Shown here piece by piece: positions 36,751 through 44,969 of a stretch of 64,000 nucleotides of DNA. The translations under genes and the position numbers were made by a program. The first letter of the stretch is position 1. The number at the start of each line of letters is the position of its first letter. Under the pieces are notes generated by a model. That model was not told the DNA's origin and searched no databases. It saw only the letters and a list, made by a program, of their open reading frames with translations. The stretch is from Candidatus Brockarchaeota archaeon (lineage in GTDB: Archaea; Thermoproteota; EX4484-205; JAAOZP01). The DNA is taken from assembly GCA_017601345.1 (NCBI GenBank), contig JAFNIT010000005.1, positions 670 through 64,669 on the forward strand, in the 5' to 3' direction.

Positions 36751-37113
36751 TCATATTCTTAAGCTGCCTATTTCTACTTTGGAAAAAGAGATCCTCCAAG
36801 GCTCATAGTCTCTTACGCTGAAGCTCGGCTGCTCTAAAACGTTTTCCTTAGAGTGGTAAACTAACGTGATCACAGGCTTCCTCCAGAGCCCTCCTTTACT
36901 AACCTTAACCTGCTCCAAAATGCTCAGCGGTATCTCGAGCCTAATCAATATCCTCCTATTCCTTATGCCCACGTGCTCTTCGAAGAAAATCCTCTGGCTG
37001 GTTAGCACGAGCGCGCCCTTTAAAGGCGCTTCGAGAAATGTTGAGCCGCCTATGAATTTTGCAGAATCCTCGAAAATCAAGTTTTCACCTATTGGAAGCT
37101 TCCTTTCGCACAT
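36751..37113 (-). CDS. Hypothetical protein, possibly PH/GRAM-like
   Basis: 120 aa. 'GALVLTSQRIFFEE' resembles bacterial/archaeal PH-like domains. Low certainty. Confidence 0.4.
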   Translation of the reverse strand: MCERKLPIGENLIFEDSAKFIGGSTFLEAPLKGALVLTSQRIFFEEHVGIRNRRILIRLEIPLSILEQVKVSKGGLWRKPVITLVYHSKENVLEQPSFSVRDYEPWRISFSKVEIGSLRI

Positions 37114-37227
37114 TTTCTCAACTAGACGGCTGTTTAGTCTTTAATTGTTTTACTCTCCATTTAAAATAATACTCGCATTTTTTACGCTCGAAAAAGCATA
37201 TTTATCTCCCGTGCGTATTAAGAAGGG

Positions 37228-37821
37228 TTGAAAAAGTTGGGGGAGAAGGATGAAGAGGCTCAGAGGCTTGCGGAGTTGAAAAAATACTTGTCTCAGAAGA
37301 AGGAGGCGCTTGAGGAAGAGCTTGAGAAGCTTAACAGCATAATCAGCGTAATAGACGATCTACTTGCTTCAAAGAGCTTTAAAACAGGTATTGAGGTTAT
37401 GAAAAAGGCTGAAGAAAAGGCTGAGGCCGAAGCAGCGCTGCAAAAGCTTGAACTCGTCTATAAGGGTATGAAAGTTGGCGATATGGAGGTCTATCAGACC
37501 TACGCTAGAGTTACGCCCCTCCCCGAGCTTAAGCTCAGCACCGCTACCTCTCCTTTTGAAGCATTCCTTGTCAGAAAGGTCTTAGAGCCGATGAGGGAGA
37601 GGGATGTGGAGAGAGCTGCTAAAAACGAGCTTAGGCCGGACCAAATGTTTTCCTACGATATTATTGAAGAAGGCGGCTTGTTAAAATACATTGTCGTAAG
37701 GAATTTCAGAGACAGGATTAGGCTTAGAGAACTTGCTAATGCTGTATCTTGGACCTTTTTCACAATGGTTGCTAAGAAGGGGGGTGTACAGACGAGTTTA
37801 GAGGAATCCGAACAGGCTTGA
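37228..37821 (+). CDS. Hypothetical protein with an N-terminal coiled coil
   Basis: 197 aa with a TTG start. Heptad-like charged N-terminus. No family recognised. Confidence 0.45.
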   Translation: MKKLGEKDEEAQRLAELKKYLSQKKEALEEELEKLNSIISVIDDLLASKSFKTGIEVMKKAEEKAEAEAALQKLELVYKGMKVGDMEVYQTYARVTPLPELKLSTATSPFEAFLVRKVLEPMRERDVERAAKNELRPDQMFSYDIIEEGGLLKYIVVRNFRDRIRLRELANAVSWTFFTMVAKKGGVQTSLEESEQA

Positions 37822-38478
37822 GAGAATACCCTTAAGATCATGAGTGTCTAAGGCAATATACTTCGCCCCAGCCTCCTTTAGACTTTCAAAACTCCACAGA
37901 CTGGATACTATTCCAACCGGTATTGCCCCCGCCACTTTGGCGGCTGCAATATCTATTGGTGAATCCCCTATGTGAACAGCCTCGTTCGGAGGGGTATTCG
38001 TTACCCGGCATGCTTTGAGTATCAAGTCCGGAAACGGCTTGATCCTATCTACATCATCTCTTGTAAAAACATGCTTAAAGAAGATATTCAAATCTAATTT
38101 CTCGAGTATCATGCTGGAGGCTTTTCTACAATTGTTCGTACAAACAACCATGTCAATACCTTTTTTCTTCAACCATGCAAGTAATTCTACGACTCCGTTC
38201 TTCACTATGGGTTTTTCCGCAGCCTCCAGCTCCAAAGGTTCGACAGCCTCATAAACCCTTTTTCTCAAAATCCTCAACTTATCTTCGTCAAACCCTCTGC
38301 TCCGCATAAATGATACAGCTTCCTCGAGATTTACCGATGCTGGCTTAGAGTCTGATAATATGCTTTTTTCAACACCCATTTCTATTAGTTTCTCGATAAC
38401 TATCTTTTTAGCTAGAGAATAATTGTAATTAAATTCTATGAGCGTTCCATCTAGATCGAAAAGCACTAACCTGATCAT
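37798..38478 (-). CDS. HAD-superfamily phosphatase
   Basis: 'VLFDLDGTLIE' (motif I), 'VCTNN' (motif II) and 'HIGDSPIDIAAA' (motif IV). Confidence 0.85.
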   Translation of the reverse strand: MIRLVLFDLDGTLIEFNYNYSLAKKIVIEKLIEMGVEKSILSDSKPASVNLEEAVSFMRSRGFDEDKLRILRKRVYEAVEPLELEAAEKPIVKNGVVELLAWLKKKGIDMVVCTNNCRKASSMILEKLDLNIFFKHVFTRDDVDRIKPFPDLILKACRVTNTPPNEAVHIGDSPIDIAAAKVAGAIPVGIVSSLWSFESLKEAGAKYIALDTHDLKGILSSLFGFL

Positions 38479-38482
38479 GCTT

Positions 38483-38728
38483 CTAAGCCTTAGCCTGCTG
38501 GACTGAGAGTACTACGCGGGTATCTGTCGTAGCAATAGACTCTACACTCCTTATCTTCAAGACTGTTTTCATCAACTTCTCAACATCCAGCACATCAACT
38601 CTTATCAAAAGATCTATGTCGCCAGTTAGCTCAATAACCTCCCTAACCTCCTCGATACTCAAAAGCTTCTGCATAACCCTCTCCCTGTTGAACCCCTTCG
38701 CTATCTTCGCTGTTACGAATGCCTGCAA
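38483..38728 (-). CDS. Stand-alone RAM domain protein
   Basis: 81 aa, 'VIELTGDIDLLIRVDV ... IRSVESIATTDTRVVL'. Confidence 0.7.
   Translation of the reverse strand: MQAFVTAKIAKGFNRERVMQKLLSIEEVREVIELTGDIDLLIRVDVLDVEKLMKTVLKIRSVESIATTDTRVVLSVQQAKA
38603..38633. repeat. 31-nt exact repeat, copy 1 (shared with 38920-38950)
   Basis: 'tatcaaaagatctatgtcgccagttagctca' read at both positions. Encodes 'ELTGDIDLLI' in two tandem RAM paralogs. Confidence 0.85.
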
Positions 38729-38805
38729 TTTGTGAAAAATCCCCGATGTTCCTATATATTCTTTTCTTCATCCAATTGCTAAATAATGCGTTGTTTTCCT
38801 TCAGA

Positions 38806-39039
38806 CTACTTAACCATGCGGGAGAGTACTATGCGTGTATCCGTCGACTCCACGCCTTTTATTTCAAGTATTTCGTCGACGATTCTTCTCAAATCGGTCT
38901 CTGAAGAAGCAGTGGCTTCTATCAAAAGATCTATGTCGCCAGTTAGCTCATAAACCTTCTTAACGCCCTTAACCTGTAGAACCTTCTCAATGTTCCCCTG
39001 GAAGCCGCTTGAAACCCTTACGAGTATTACCGCCTCCAA
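38806..39039 (-). CDS. Stand-alone RAM domain protein
   Basis: 77 aa, 'VYELTGDIDLLIEATA ... IKGVESTDTRIVL'. Tandem paralog of 38483-38728. Confidence 0.7.
   Translation of the reverse strand: MEAVILVRVSSGFQGNIEKVLQVKGVKKVYELTGDIDLLIEATASSETDLRRIVDEILEIKGVESTDTRIVLSRMVK
38920..38950. repeat. 31-nt exact repeat, copy 2 (shared with 38603-38633)
   Basis: Identical 31-mer to copy 1. The flanking sequence is diverged. Confidence 0.85.
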
Positions 39040-39134
39040 ACCGTATTCTTCAGTAATAAATAGCTAAGATAAACTTTTCCAAATAGTTAAGGTTAAATAC
39101 CCCGTTGATAAGGAGGTCTGGGAGATGAGAAGCG

Positions 39135-39545
39135 GTGTCTGAAGAGTTTGTTAAGATTAAAGATCTTAGTACCAACTCCAAGCACGTTAACCTTCTCGCC
39201 AAGGTGCTCTCCCTCTCCGAGACAAGGGAAGTGCCTGCCAGGTACGGGGGTTCGACAAACAAGGTTGCGGAAGCTAGAATAGGAGACGAAACCGGTACAA
39301 TACTTCTAACGCTCTGGAACGAGAACATAAATTTGGTTAAGCCGAATGACATCATAATGATTAAAAACGGTTACGTAAACGTGTACCGCAGAACCATGAG
39401 GCTTAACGTCGGCAAGTATGGTTCAATAGAGAAGAGCGATGCTAACATAGGGGATGTCGATACTTCTAATGACATGTCTGAGAAAGAGGTTGAGGGAGGC
39501 TACGGCGGCAGGAGGTTTAACCGTGGTCCTAGGAGGAGGTATTAA
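39135..39545 (+). CDS. ssb: Crenarchaeal-type single-OB-fold ssDNA-binding protein
   Basis: 'VAEARIGDETGTILLTLW' OB core as in Sulfolobus SSB, with a flexible RGG-like tail 'GGYGGRRFNRGPRRRY'. GTG start. Confidence 0.85.
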   Translation: MSEEFVKIKDLSTNSKHVNLLAKVLSLSETREVPARYGGSTNKVAEARIGDETGTILLTLWNENINLVKPNDIIMIKNGYVNVYRRTMRLNVGKYGSIEKSDANIGDVDTSNDMSEKEVEGGYGGRRFNRGPRRRY

Positions 39546-39548
39546 GGG

Positions 39549-40196
39549 CTATCCTAATTCAAGCCTTCTAACAGTACCGTTCGGAGACGTTTCTTCGAAC
39601 ACTATCGCTTGAAAACTATAAATTCTAGTTTTTTTATCTCGCCAGCATTCAGGCGGTAGTCCTGCCTTTAGACAAGTATAGGAGAGGAATGTCTCTGCAT
39701 CCCAATTCTCTTCTACAGCAACCTGAGGAAGGAGTAGGCCGCGATTAAACCCTCTCTCTACAATCAAACCGTCTCTACCTATCTTAACCATGCTTGGAAG
39801 CCTTTTTCTGTCTTCAACATCTATTAGCCTAGGAGGTGTGAGAACACTTACGTCTATTACGATGGAACTCAACTCGTCTAGGGTTACTGGAGGGAAGCGG
39901 GGGTCTTCAACTGCAGCGGCAACTGCAGCCTCGACGAGTGCTGACACCAACGGCTTAATCGGCTCAGGAAACCCTATGCAGCCCCTTAAATCCCTACGCC
40001 CATGCTCAACGTTACCGATGATCTTATTCAGAGTTACGAAGACTCCGCAAGGCTCGTAGAATACTTCGCTCAAATCAGCCGGGGGAGTGTCAACAACACC
40101 TTCTTTCAAATACTTTTCAATAGCCTTCCTCGCTAATTTAACCAATAGTTCACCTTCTTCTAATGTCAGCTCCATCGAATAAGTATCGTAAAACAC
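39549..40196 (-). CDS. AMMECR1-domain protein
   Basis: 'LRGCIGFPEP' and 'DPRFPPV' conserved AMMECR1 motifs. Confidence 0.85.
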   Translation of the reverse strand: MFYDTYSMELTLEEGELLVKLARKAIEKYLKEGVVDTPPADLSEVFYEPCGVFVTLNKIIGNVEHGRRDLRGCIGFPEPIKPLVSALVEAAVAAAVEDPRFPPVTLDELSSIVIDVSVLTPPRLIDVEDRKRLPSMVKIGRDGLIVERGFNRGLLLPQVAVEENWDAETFLSYTCLKAGLPPECWRDKKTRIYSFQAIVFEETSPNGTVRRLELG

Positions 40197-40226
40197 GTTA
40201 AAAGGCTTTACTAATTAGAGATTAGT

Positions 40227-41342
40227 CTAGGGTCTGCCCTCAATATAATCTTTCTTGAAAACGAAGACTCTGATGAATCCCGACAATAGCAGAGTAAACC
40301 AGAGCGGTGAGTATACGAAGTAGAGGAATGCTAAGCCCCCCAGCTTAAGCCTATACCCCATTTTCCTGGAAATCTTATAGTATAGAATTGAGAAGACAGT
40401 GAACGAGGCCAGTATTGCTATTAGAGTCTTTGTGAAAAACAACAATATCTTTAGGAAAAGACTGTAGGATAATATTGTTGCAAAGGGTAATATGCTGGTA
40501 AATAATGAGGATAATGTTAAAACCCCCAGCCATATAATCCTGTCTTCTAAAAGAGTGTTCATCAAGAGTGTTATCATGAAGGGTGCTAAAGACGGAAGCA
40601 CTATAAATAGCAATAGGAGTATTAGGGAGGGTTTTTCAACCATTATCCTCAGTAGGATGCGCCAGTTATCCCTAACCCATATGGCTGCTCCAATTCCCCA
40701 TCGAACACGCTGCTTAAACCATTTGCTCCAGCTGGAGGGGGCATAATTCACAACGTGGGGGCTTGTTATGAAGTTGAACCTGAGGCCGGCGAGGTAGCTT
40801 CTAATGCCGAGGTCAAAGTCGTCTGGAATCCTATACCTGAACCCGCCGATCGACTCATATGCTTTCCTCCATATTGCAAATGCTGCACCGTTAAGCCCTA
40901 AGCATTTTCCAACCCTCCTAGCCAGCATCAGGCTACCATAGTTGAAAGACATGAACTCGTATTCCATTGCCTGTGCAAGCAGACCCTTACCACCTACTCT
41001 TTTCATTATCTCGCCTATTTCACTACTTTTCATGGATTCCACAATCTTTGAGAGAAAATCTTTTTCCACAGGAGATATGTCGTCATCTAAGAATATCAAA
41101 AGTTCTCCTGATGATTGTTTTAAAGCCTCCAAGAGTGCGCTGACTCTTCCGAACCTGCTATTGCGAAAGATCGCTTTCACAGGCTGCCTTCTAAGCTCTT
41201 CAACAATATTTGGAAGAGGATTGTCGACAACCACGAGGATTTCTTTACTTTTATAATCGTCTTTAACGAGCTTTTTAACAAGCTCTATCAAATGAAATGA
41301 GCCCCGGAAAGACGGGATTATTACTGAGACGCTCATGCTCAT
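40227..41342 (-). CDS. Family-2 glycosyltransferase with QxxRW motif and C-terminal TM bundle (processive synthase-like)
   Basis: 'VSVIIPSF', 'FLDDDI' (DxD), 'IPDDFDLG' and 'KQRVRWGIGA' (QxxRW), then ~4 TM helices. Start placed at 'MSMSVSV' (41342); the ORF is open to 41447. Confidence 0.8.
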   Translation of the reverse strand: MSMSVSVIIPSFRGSFHLIELVKKLVKDDYKSKEILVVVDNPLPNIVEELRRQPVKAIFRNSRFGRVSALLEALKQSSGELLIFLDDDISPVEKDFLSKIVESMKSSEIGEIMKRVGGKGLLAQAMEYEFMSFNYGSLMLARRVGKCLGLNGAAFAIWRKAYESIGGFRYRIPDDFDLGIRSYLAGLRFNFITSPHVVNYAPSSWSKWFKQRVRWGIGAAIWVRDNWRILLRIMVEKPSLILLLLFIVLPSLAPFMITLLMNTLLEDRIIWLGVLTLSSLFTSILPFATILSYSLFLKILLFFTKTLIAILASFTVFSILYYKISRKMGYRLKLGGLAFLYFVYSPLWFTLLLSGFIRVFVFKKDYIEGRP

Positions 41343-41394
41343 TTTTACTCCCGCTTTCAAAAGGAAATCTTTTAAGTATTTAGTTACTTTAAAT

Positions 41395-41417
41395 CTGGTG
41401 GAAAAGTTTTCCACCAG
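41395..41417. promoter_or_regulatory. Perfect 11-bp inverted repeat (candidate operator)
   Basis: 'ctggtggaaaa g ttttccaccag', read directly. Lies in the divergent intergenic region between the GT2 gene and the 41474 operon. A palindromic 'tttgcaaa' lies 18 nt downstream. Confidence 0.45.
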
Positions 41418-41473
41418 ACGGTGAAAATTTGCATTTGCAAACAACATAAATTGGCGGTTTTTCGAGAATTCAA

Positions 41474-42835
41474 GTGCGATGGAGAATGATTAAGAGCATG
41501 CTTAGAATAATAGCTTTCGCTGCAGTGCTTTTTGCGAGTATTATTGTAAATCGTTTTTTAGAGCGCTTATGGCTCTCTTTTACAGGCTTGGAGTCTAATG
41601 GTCTTTCAAGCCTATTCACATTACTCCTAATGGTATTCTTCTTCACGCTTCTACTACCGATTAAACACGAAAGCAGAATTAAGATGAACATGATGTTTAA
41701 GGAGGTCTCCATCTTCATACTCATCTGGATCGGCGCATCCTTCTTCATAGCCCTCCTGCATCAACCTAAGCATGTCTCCATAGGTTTGATTCCAGCAATA
41801 TCATATGCTTTATTAAAGCTTGTAAACCCGAGCTTCAGGTTAAGAATATTGCTTAAAGAACATTCCGAAGCCTCATTCCGTGGCACCATACTGATGTGGG
41901 TTGCACCAACTCCTGGAGTTTTGATTGCTCAAGACCTTGGTTTAAGAAGCATACTAAAAGTGTTAAGGGGTGAGGCGAGAATCGCTGTTAGCATCCCCGG
42001 GGAGATATTCATAAAATCTTGTAAGAACATTAGAAACATGGAGCTTAAGGGGAGCCTAGCCTCTTTTGTAAAAACAGTGTCGGATAATTGGAACCGTGAA
42101 GCAGCAATAGTTTGCGAAGCTAAGCCTGGGGAAGGTTTTTTCAAGATCTGGGTTAAAATAGCTTCAGACAATATTCAGGTTCTCAATGACATTACTAGAC
42201 GTTTTTCGAAGCTTGATGGGGGAGAGGACTTGAATTGGGCTTTGGAGAAATGGTTGTCGTTAAAACCATGTGTTAAGCCAATAATGTTTACTAATAACGG
42301 TGTTTCATTATCTCCGGAGACCGTTCCGGAGAGACTGCTTGTAGCCGGAAATGCTGAAGAGACTGAGAGATTTGCACTTAAGGCATGCTTGTCTCAGCTG
42401 AGAATTAATTCAAATGTTCTCATCATCGATGGCGAGGAGGATCCTTGTTTTGAAGAAAAAATTGAGGAAATACTGAGAGCAGAGGGTTTTAAACCCCTTA
42501 GACGCCAGCCTAAAGCTTTCAGGACTAGGGGAAGAATGGAAGTTATTCTCGTAAAGAAAACTGAATTAAACGGGAAGCTTATCGAAAAGGTTTCTTCAAA
42601 ACCTATTGTTGCCGCATGGTTAAAAGGCTGTTTAGAGGAGCCTGGGTTGAGTGCGCCGCTTAAAATTTTAACGTACAACATGCTGAGGTCTAAGCCAGTC
42701 TTAGAAGCAGACGGCCTAATACTCCTCAATCCTGACAGAGAACTCCTGGACAGTTTCGTATCGACGGGACAGAGTTTTTTGCTTCAAGGTAAGACTATAA
42801 TGGTTTCCGCCAGGGGGGTGGAGATACTCGCATGA
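41474..42835 (+). CDS. Polytopic membrane protein with a large soluble domain carrying a P-loop-like but Walker-A-less segment
   Basis: About 4 N-terminal hydrophobic helices. 'RLLVAGNAEETERFALKACLSQLRINSNVLIIDGEED'. GTG at 41474 or ATG at 41486/41498. Stop overlaps the next start (ATGA). Confidence 0.6.
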   Translation: MRWRMIKSMLRIIAFAAVLFASIIVNRFLERLWLSFTGLESNGLSSLFTLLLMVFFFTLLLPIKHESRIKMNMMFKEVSIFILIWIGASFFIALLHQPKHVSIGLIPAISYALLKLVNPSFRLRILLKEHSEASFRGTILMWVAPTPGVLIAQDLGLRSILKVLRGEARIAVSIPGEIFIKSCKNIRNMELKGSLASFVKTVSDNWNREAAIVCEAKPGEGFFKIWVKIASDNIQVLNDITRRFSKLDGGEDLNWALEKWLSLKPCVKPIMFTNNGVSLSPETVPERLLVAGNAEETERFALKACLSQLRINSNVLIIDGEEDPCFEEKIEEILRAEGFKPLRRQPKAFRTRGRMEVILVKKTELNGKLIEKVSSKPIVAAWLKGCLEEPGLSAPLKILTYNMLRSKPVLEADGLILLNPDRELLDSFVSTGQSFLLQGKTIMVSARGVEILA

Positions 42836-44070
42836 CACGTATTCTCTCAAAGGGGTGTGAAACCTTTTACCTGATGAGTAGAATAGGACTGGCTGGATTG
42901 AACTTTAAGAGAGCCCTTGTATTCTTGCTCTCAAGATTCTTCCGAGAATACAGGATAGTCCTGCTTGATTCGAGTGATGAATTCAGTTGCGCTGCAAGAA
43001 TTAGTGGAGCGAGATATTACAATGTTGCTGAACACAGCATTAACCCCGTTAAACCACCATGCTGGGAGGTGGTTGAGCAATATGTAGAATCCTTAGTAGA
43101 AGTGATCGATTACTGTTTCGGGACCTTTAATATGAAGAGCATTATTACTAAATCGTTTCTTAGCAGTCTTTCACCATCTTCAGAGACAACTATACCAGAG
43201 ATTACATCCAGGCTCGATTTTGAGAATCCTGAAGGAGGATTATCAATCTACACTCCTCTTGAGCCATTTACCTTTGGAACACTCAGAAGGGTCTTTGGCA
43301 GAAGGGAGGAACTTGATTTCAACGAAATTTTGGAGACGGGTATTATTTTCGACCTTTCAGGTCTTCCTACAGCTTCTTCAAAATTGTTCACAGCCCTGAT
43401 AGTCCTGAATAAGTTGATGTTCATGAAGCCTAAACATCCTACAGTCGTAGTAGTGACTTATCCCAGCATGATTTGGCCTAAGAGTAAGAGACGCGACGCG
43501 GCTCAGCTCCATGTGGAACAAGTCATGCTAGAAGAATTGGAGAGAAAAGGCTTTGTAATAGTCTTCGCAGAGAAAACCTTCTCAGAATTGTCTGAGAGAA
43601 TTATATATGGACTTGACGCAATCGTTTTCTCCCCTCCTTCAGAAGTCCTTGACCCTTGGAATCCTTGGGGCTTATACACGAGGCTGGAGAAAGAGATGAC
43701 AGAATGCTCTGCGGTAATTTTGAACAGAGGGGGCGAAATAAAGCCGCTTACAATTCCTGCGAACATTATGATAAAGCCGTTGGATGATGAGGAGCGTGAG
43801 AAGCTTAAGCCTGCCCTCAGGGTTTTCAAAGAGTCAGATAGGTTGAGGGAAATTCTCAACGAGGATTATGAGTCCGGGATGAGAATAATAAACAGGTTGA
43901 AAGAACTCGATGGCAGAGCTGTTTTAAACAGGCTTGTCGAGGAAGTGAGGTCAACGATAGGAGCTAGCGGGCTTAAGGCACTTGCCACATTATTAAGGTA
44001 TGGATACTTGAGGCAGGCTCGTGAAGGAGATGAGCAATACATCGTCCTTTCCCACGGTGATTGGGAATGA
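42832..44070 (+). CDS. HerA/FtsK/VirB4-like (DUF87-like) protein with degenerate Walker A/B and a C-terminal winged-helix-like domain
   Basis: 'RIGLAGLNFKRALVFLLSRFFREYRIVLLDSSDEFS', 'INPVKP', 'IIFDLSGLPTASSKLFTALIVLNKL' and 'VVVVTYPSMIWP'. No GK[ST] anywhere in the protein. Confidence 0.55.
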   Translation: MTRILSKGCETFYLMSRIGLAGLNFKRALVFLLSRFFREYRIVLLDSSDEFSCAARISGARYYNVAEHSINPVKPPCWEVVEQYVESLVEVIDYCFGTFNMKSIITKSFLSSLSPSSETTIPEITSRLDFENPEGGLSIYTPLEPFTFGTLRRVFGRREELDFNEILETGIIFDLSGLPTASSKLFTALIVLNKLMFMKPKHPTVVVVTYPSMIWPKSKRRDAAQLHVEQVMLEELERKGFVIVFAEKTFSELSERIIYGLDAIVFSPPSEVLDPWNPWGLYTRLEKEMTECSAVILNRGGEIKPLTIPANIMIKPLDDEEREKLKPALRVFKESDRLREILNEDYESGMRIINRLKELDGRAVLNRLVEEVRSTIGASGLKALATLLRYGYLRQAREGDEQYIVLSHGDWE

Positions 44071-44927
44071 GGAGAATACTCACGGGAATAAGGTCTCTGG
44101 ACGATCTTACCGGCGGTTTGCCTACCGGTGTTTCAAACCTAGTTTACGGTAGTCCTGCAACAGGAAAAACCAGCCTCTCAATGACTTTGGTGGCTGAATC
44201 GCTTAAAAACGCAAGGGATAAGGAGGTTGTGATAGCAGTTTTAACGGAGAGCTGGGACATGGATCGTTTAAGAACAATATGTGCGAGAAAAGGCGTTAAA
44301 CAAGATTCTTTAAACAGGATCAAGACTTATGAGGCAAATAGCTTCGGCGAGCAGCATAAGATAATAACTGAGGTCGTGCCCAGGGATGTGGAGAAGAACG
44401 ATTGGGTGCCGGCGCTGATAATTGTCGATTCCCTCGTTCCGCATTACCATGCTCAACTGCTTAACACCCCTCTCCAACACTTGGCTTCGAAGGCAAGAGA
44501 GTTCCAAGGGAAGCTCTCCCTAGAGATCAACAATCTGGTTAAAATGGCTGCCGGATACGAGTCCCTTCTAATAGTAAACAGTTGGCGCCGCAGTAGTGCT
44601 GGCCGAAGCTTCCAAGAGAAGTGGAGGAAAGACGTAGTGGGAGGCTTAAAAGACAATGATGTTCTGATAGACCCTGAGGCAGGCTTCGGCTCTAGGGAGT
44701 TCGATGTAATAGGTGGGCAACACCTCGTTTACATGAGCAAGACTGTTATTAGAATGGTTTCAACAAGCATCAGTGAGAATATTAAAGCAGTTATTATGGA
44801 GAAAGCTCTCTCAAGACCTACGATGCTATGCTGCTTGGTGAAAATATCCGAGGCCGGTATTGAAACATATGAAGGGAAACCGGCTCCGGTGGGCGAGGTG
44901 ATTAGGAGGGAGATAATTAAGGATTAG
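44067..44927 (+). CDS. RadA/RadB (Rad51/RecA-superfamily) paralog ATPase
   Basis: 'LDDLTGGLPTGVSNLVYGSPATGKTSL' (Walker A), 'LIIVDSL' (Walker B), 'LLIVNSW' and 'GGQHLVYMSKTVIRM'. ATG at 44067 overlaps the upstream stop (ATGA); TTG at 44061 is also in frame. Confidence 0.75.
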   Translation: MRRILTGIRSLDDLTGGLPTGVSNLVYGSPATGKTSLSMTLVAESLKNARDKEVVIAVLTESWDMDRLRTICARKGVKQDSLNRIKTYEANSFGEQHKIITEVVPRDVEKNDWVPALIIVDSLVPHYHAQLLNTPLQHLASKAREFQGKLSLEINNLVKMAAGYESLLIVNSWRRSSAGRSFQEKWRKDVVGGLKDNDVLIDPEAGFGSREFDVIGGQHLVYMSKTVIRMVSTSISENIKAVIMEKALSRPTMLCCLVKISEAGIETYEGKPAPVGEVIRREIIKD

Positions 44928-44969
44928 AAGGAGGAAAACAATTATATACCAGTAAAACAGTACTCATTC

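Noticed and set aside
42790-42810. A 'QGKT' string near the C-terminus of the 41474-42835 protein could be a hidden Walker A.
   Set aside because: The preceding glycine is at the wrong spacing (G-x6-GKT). The motif sits ~15 residues from the stop codon, so it cannot head a P-loop domain.
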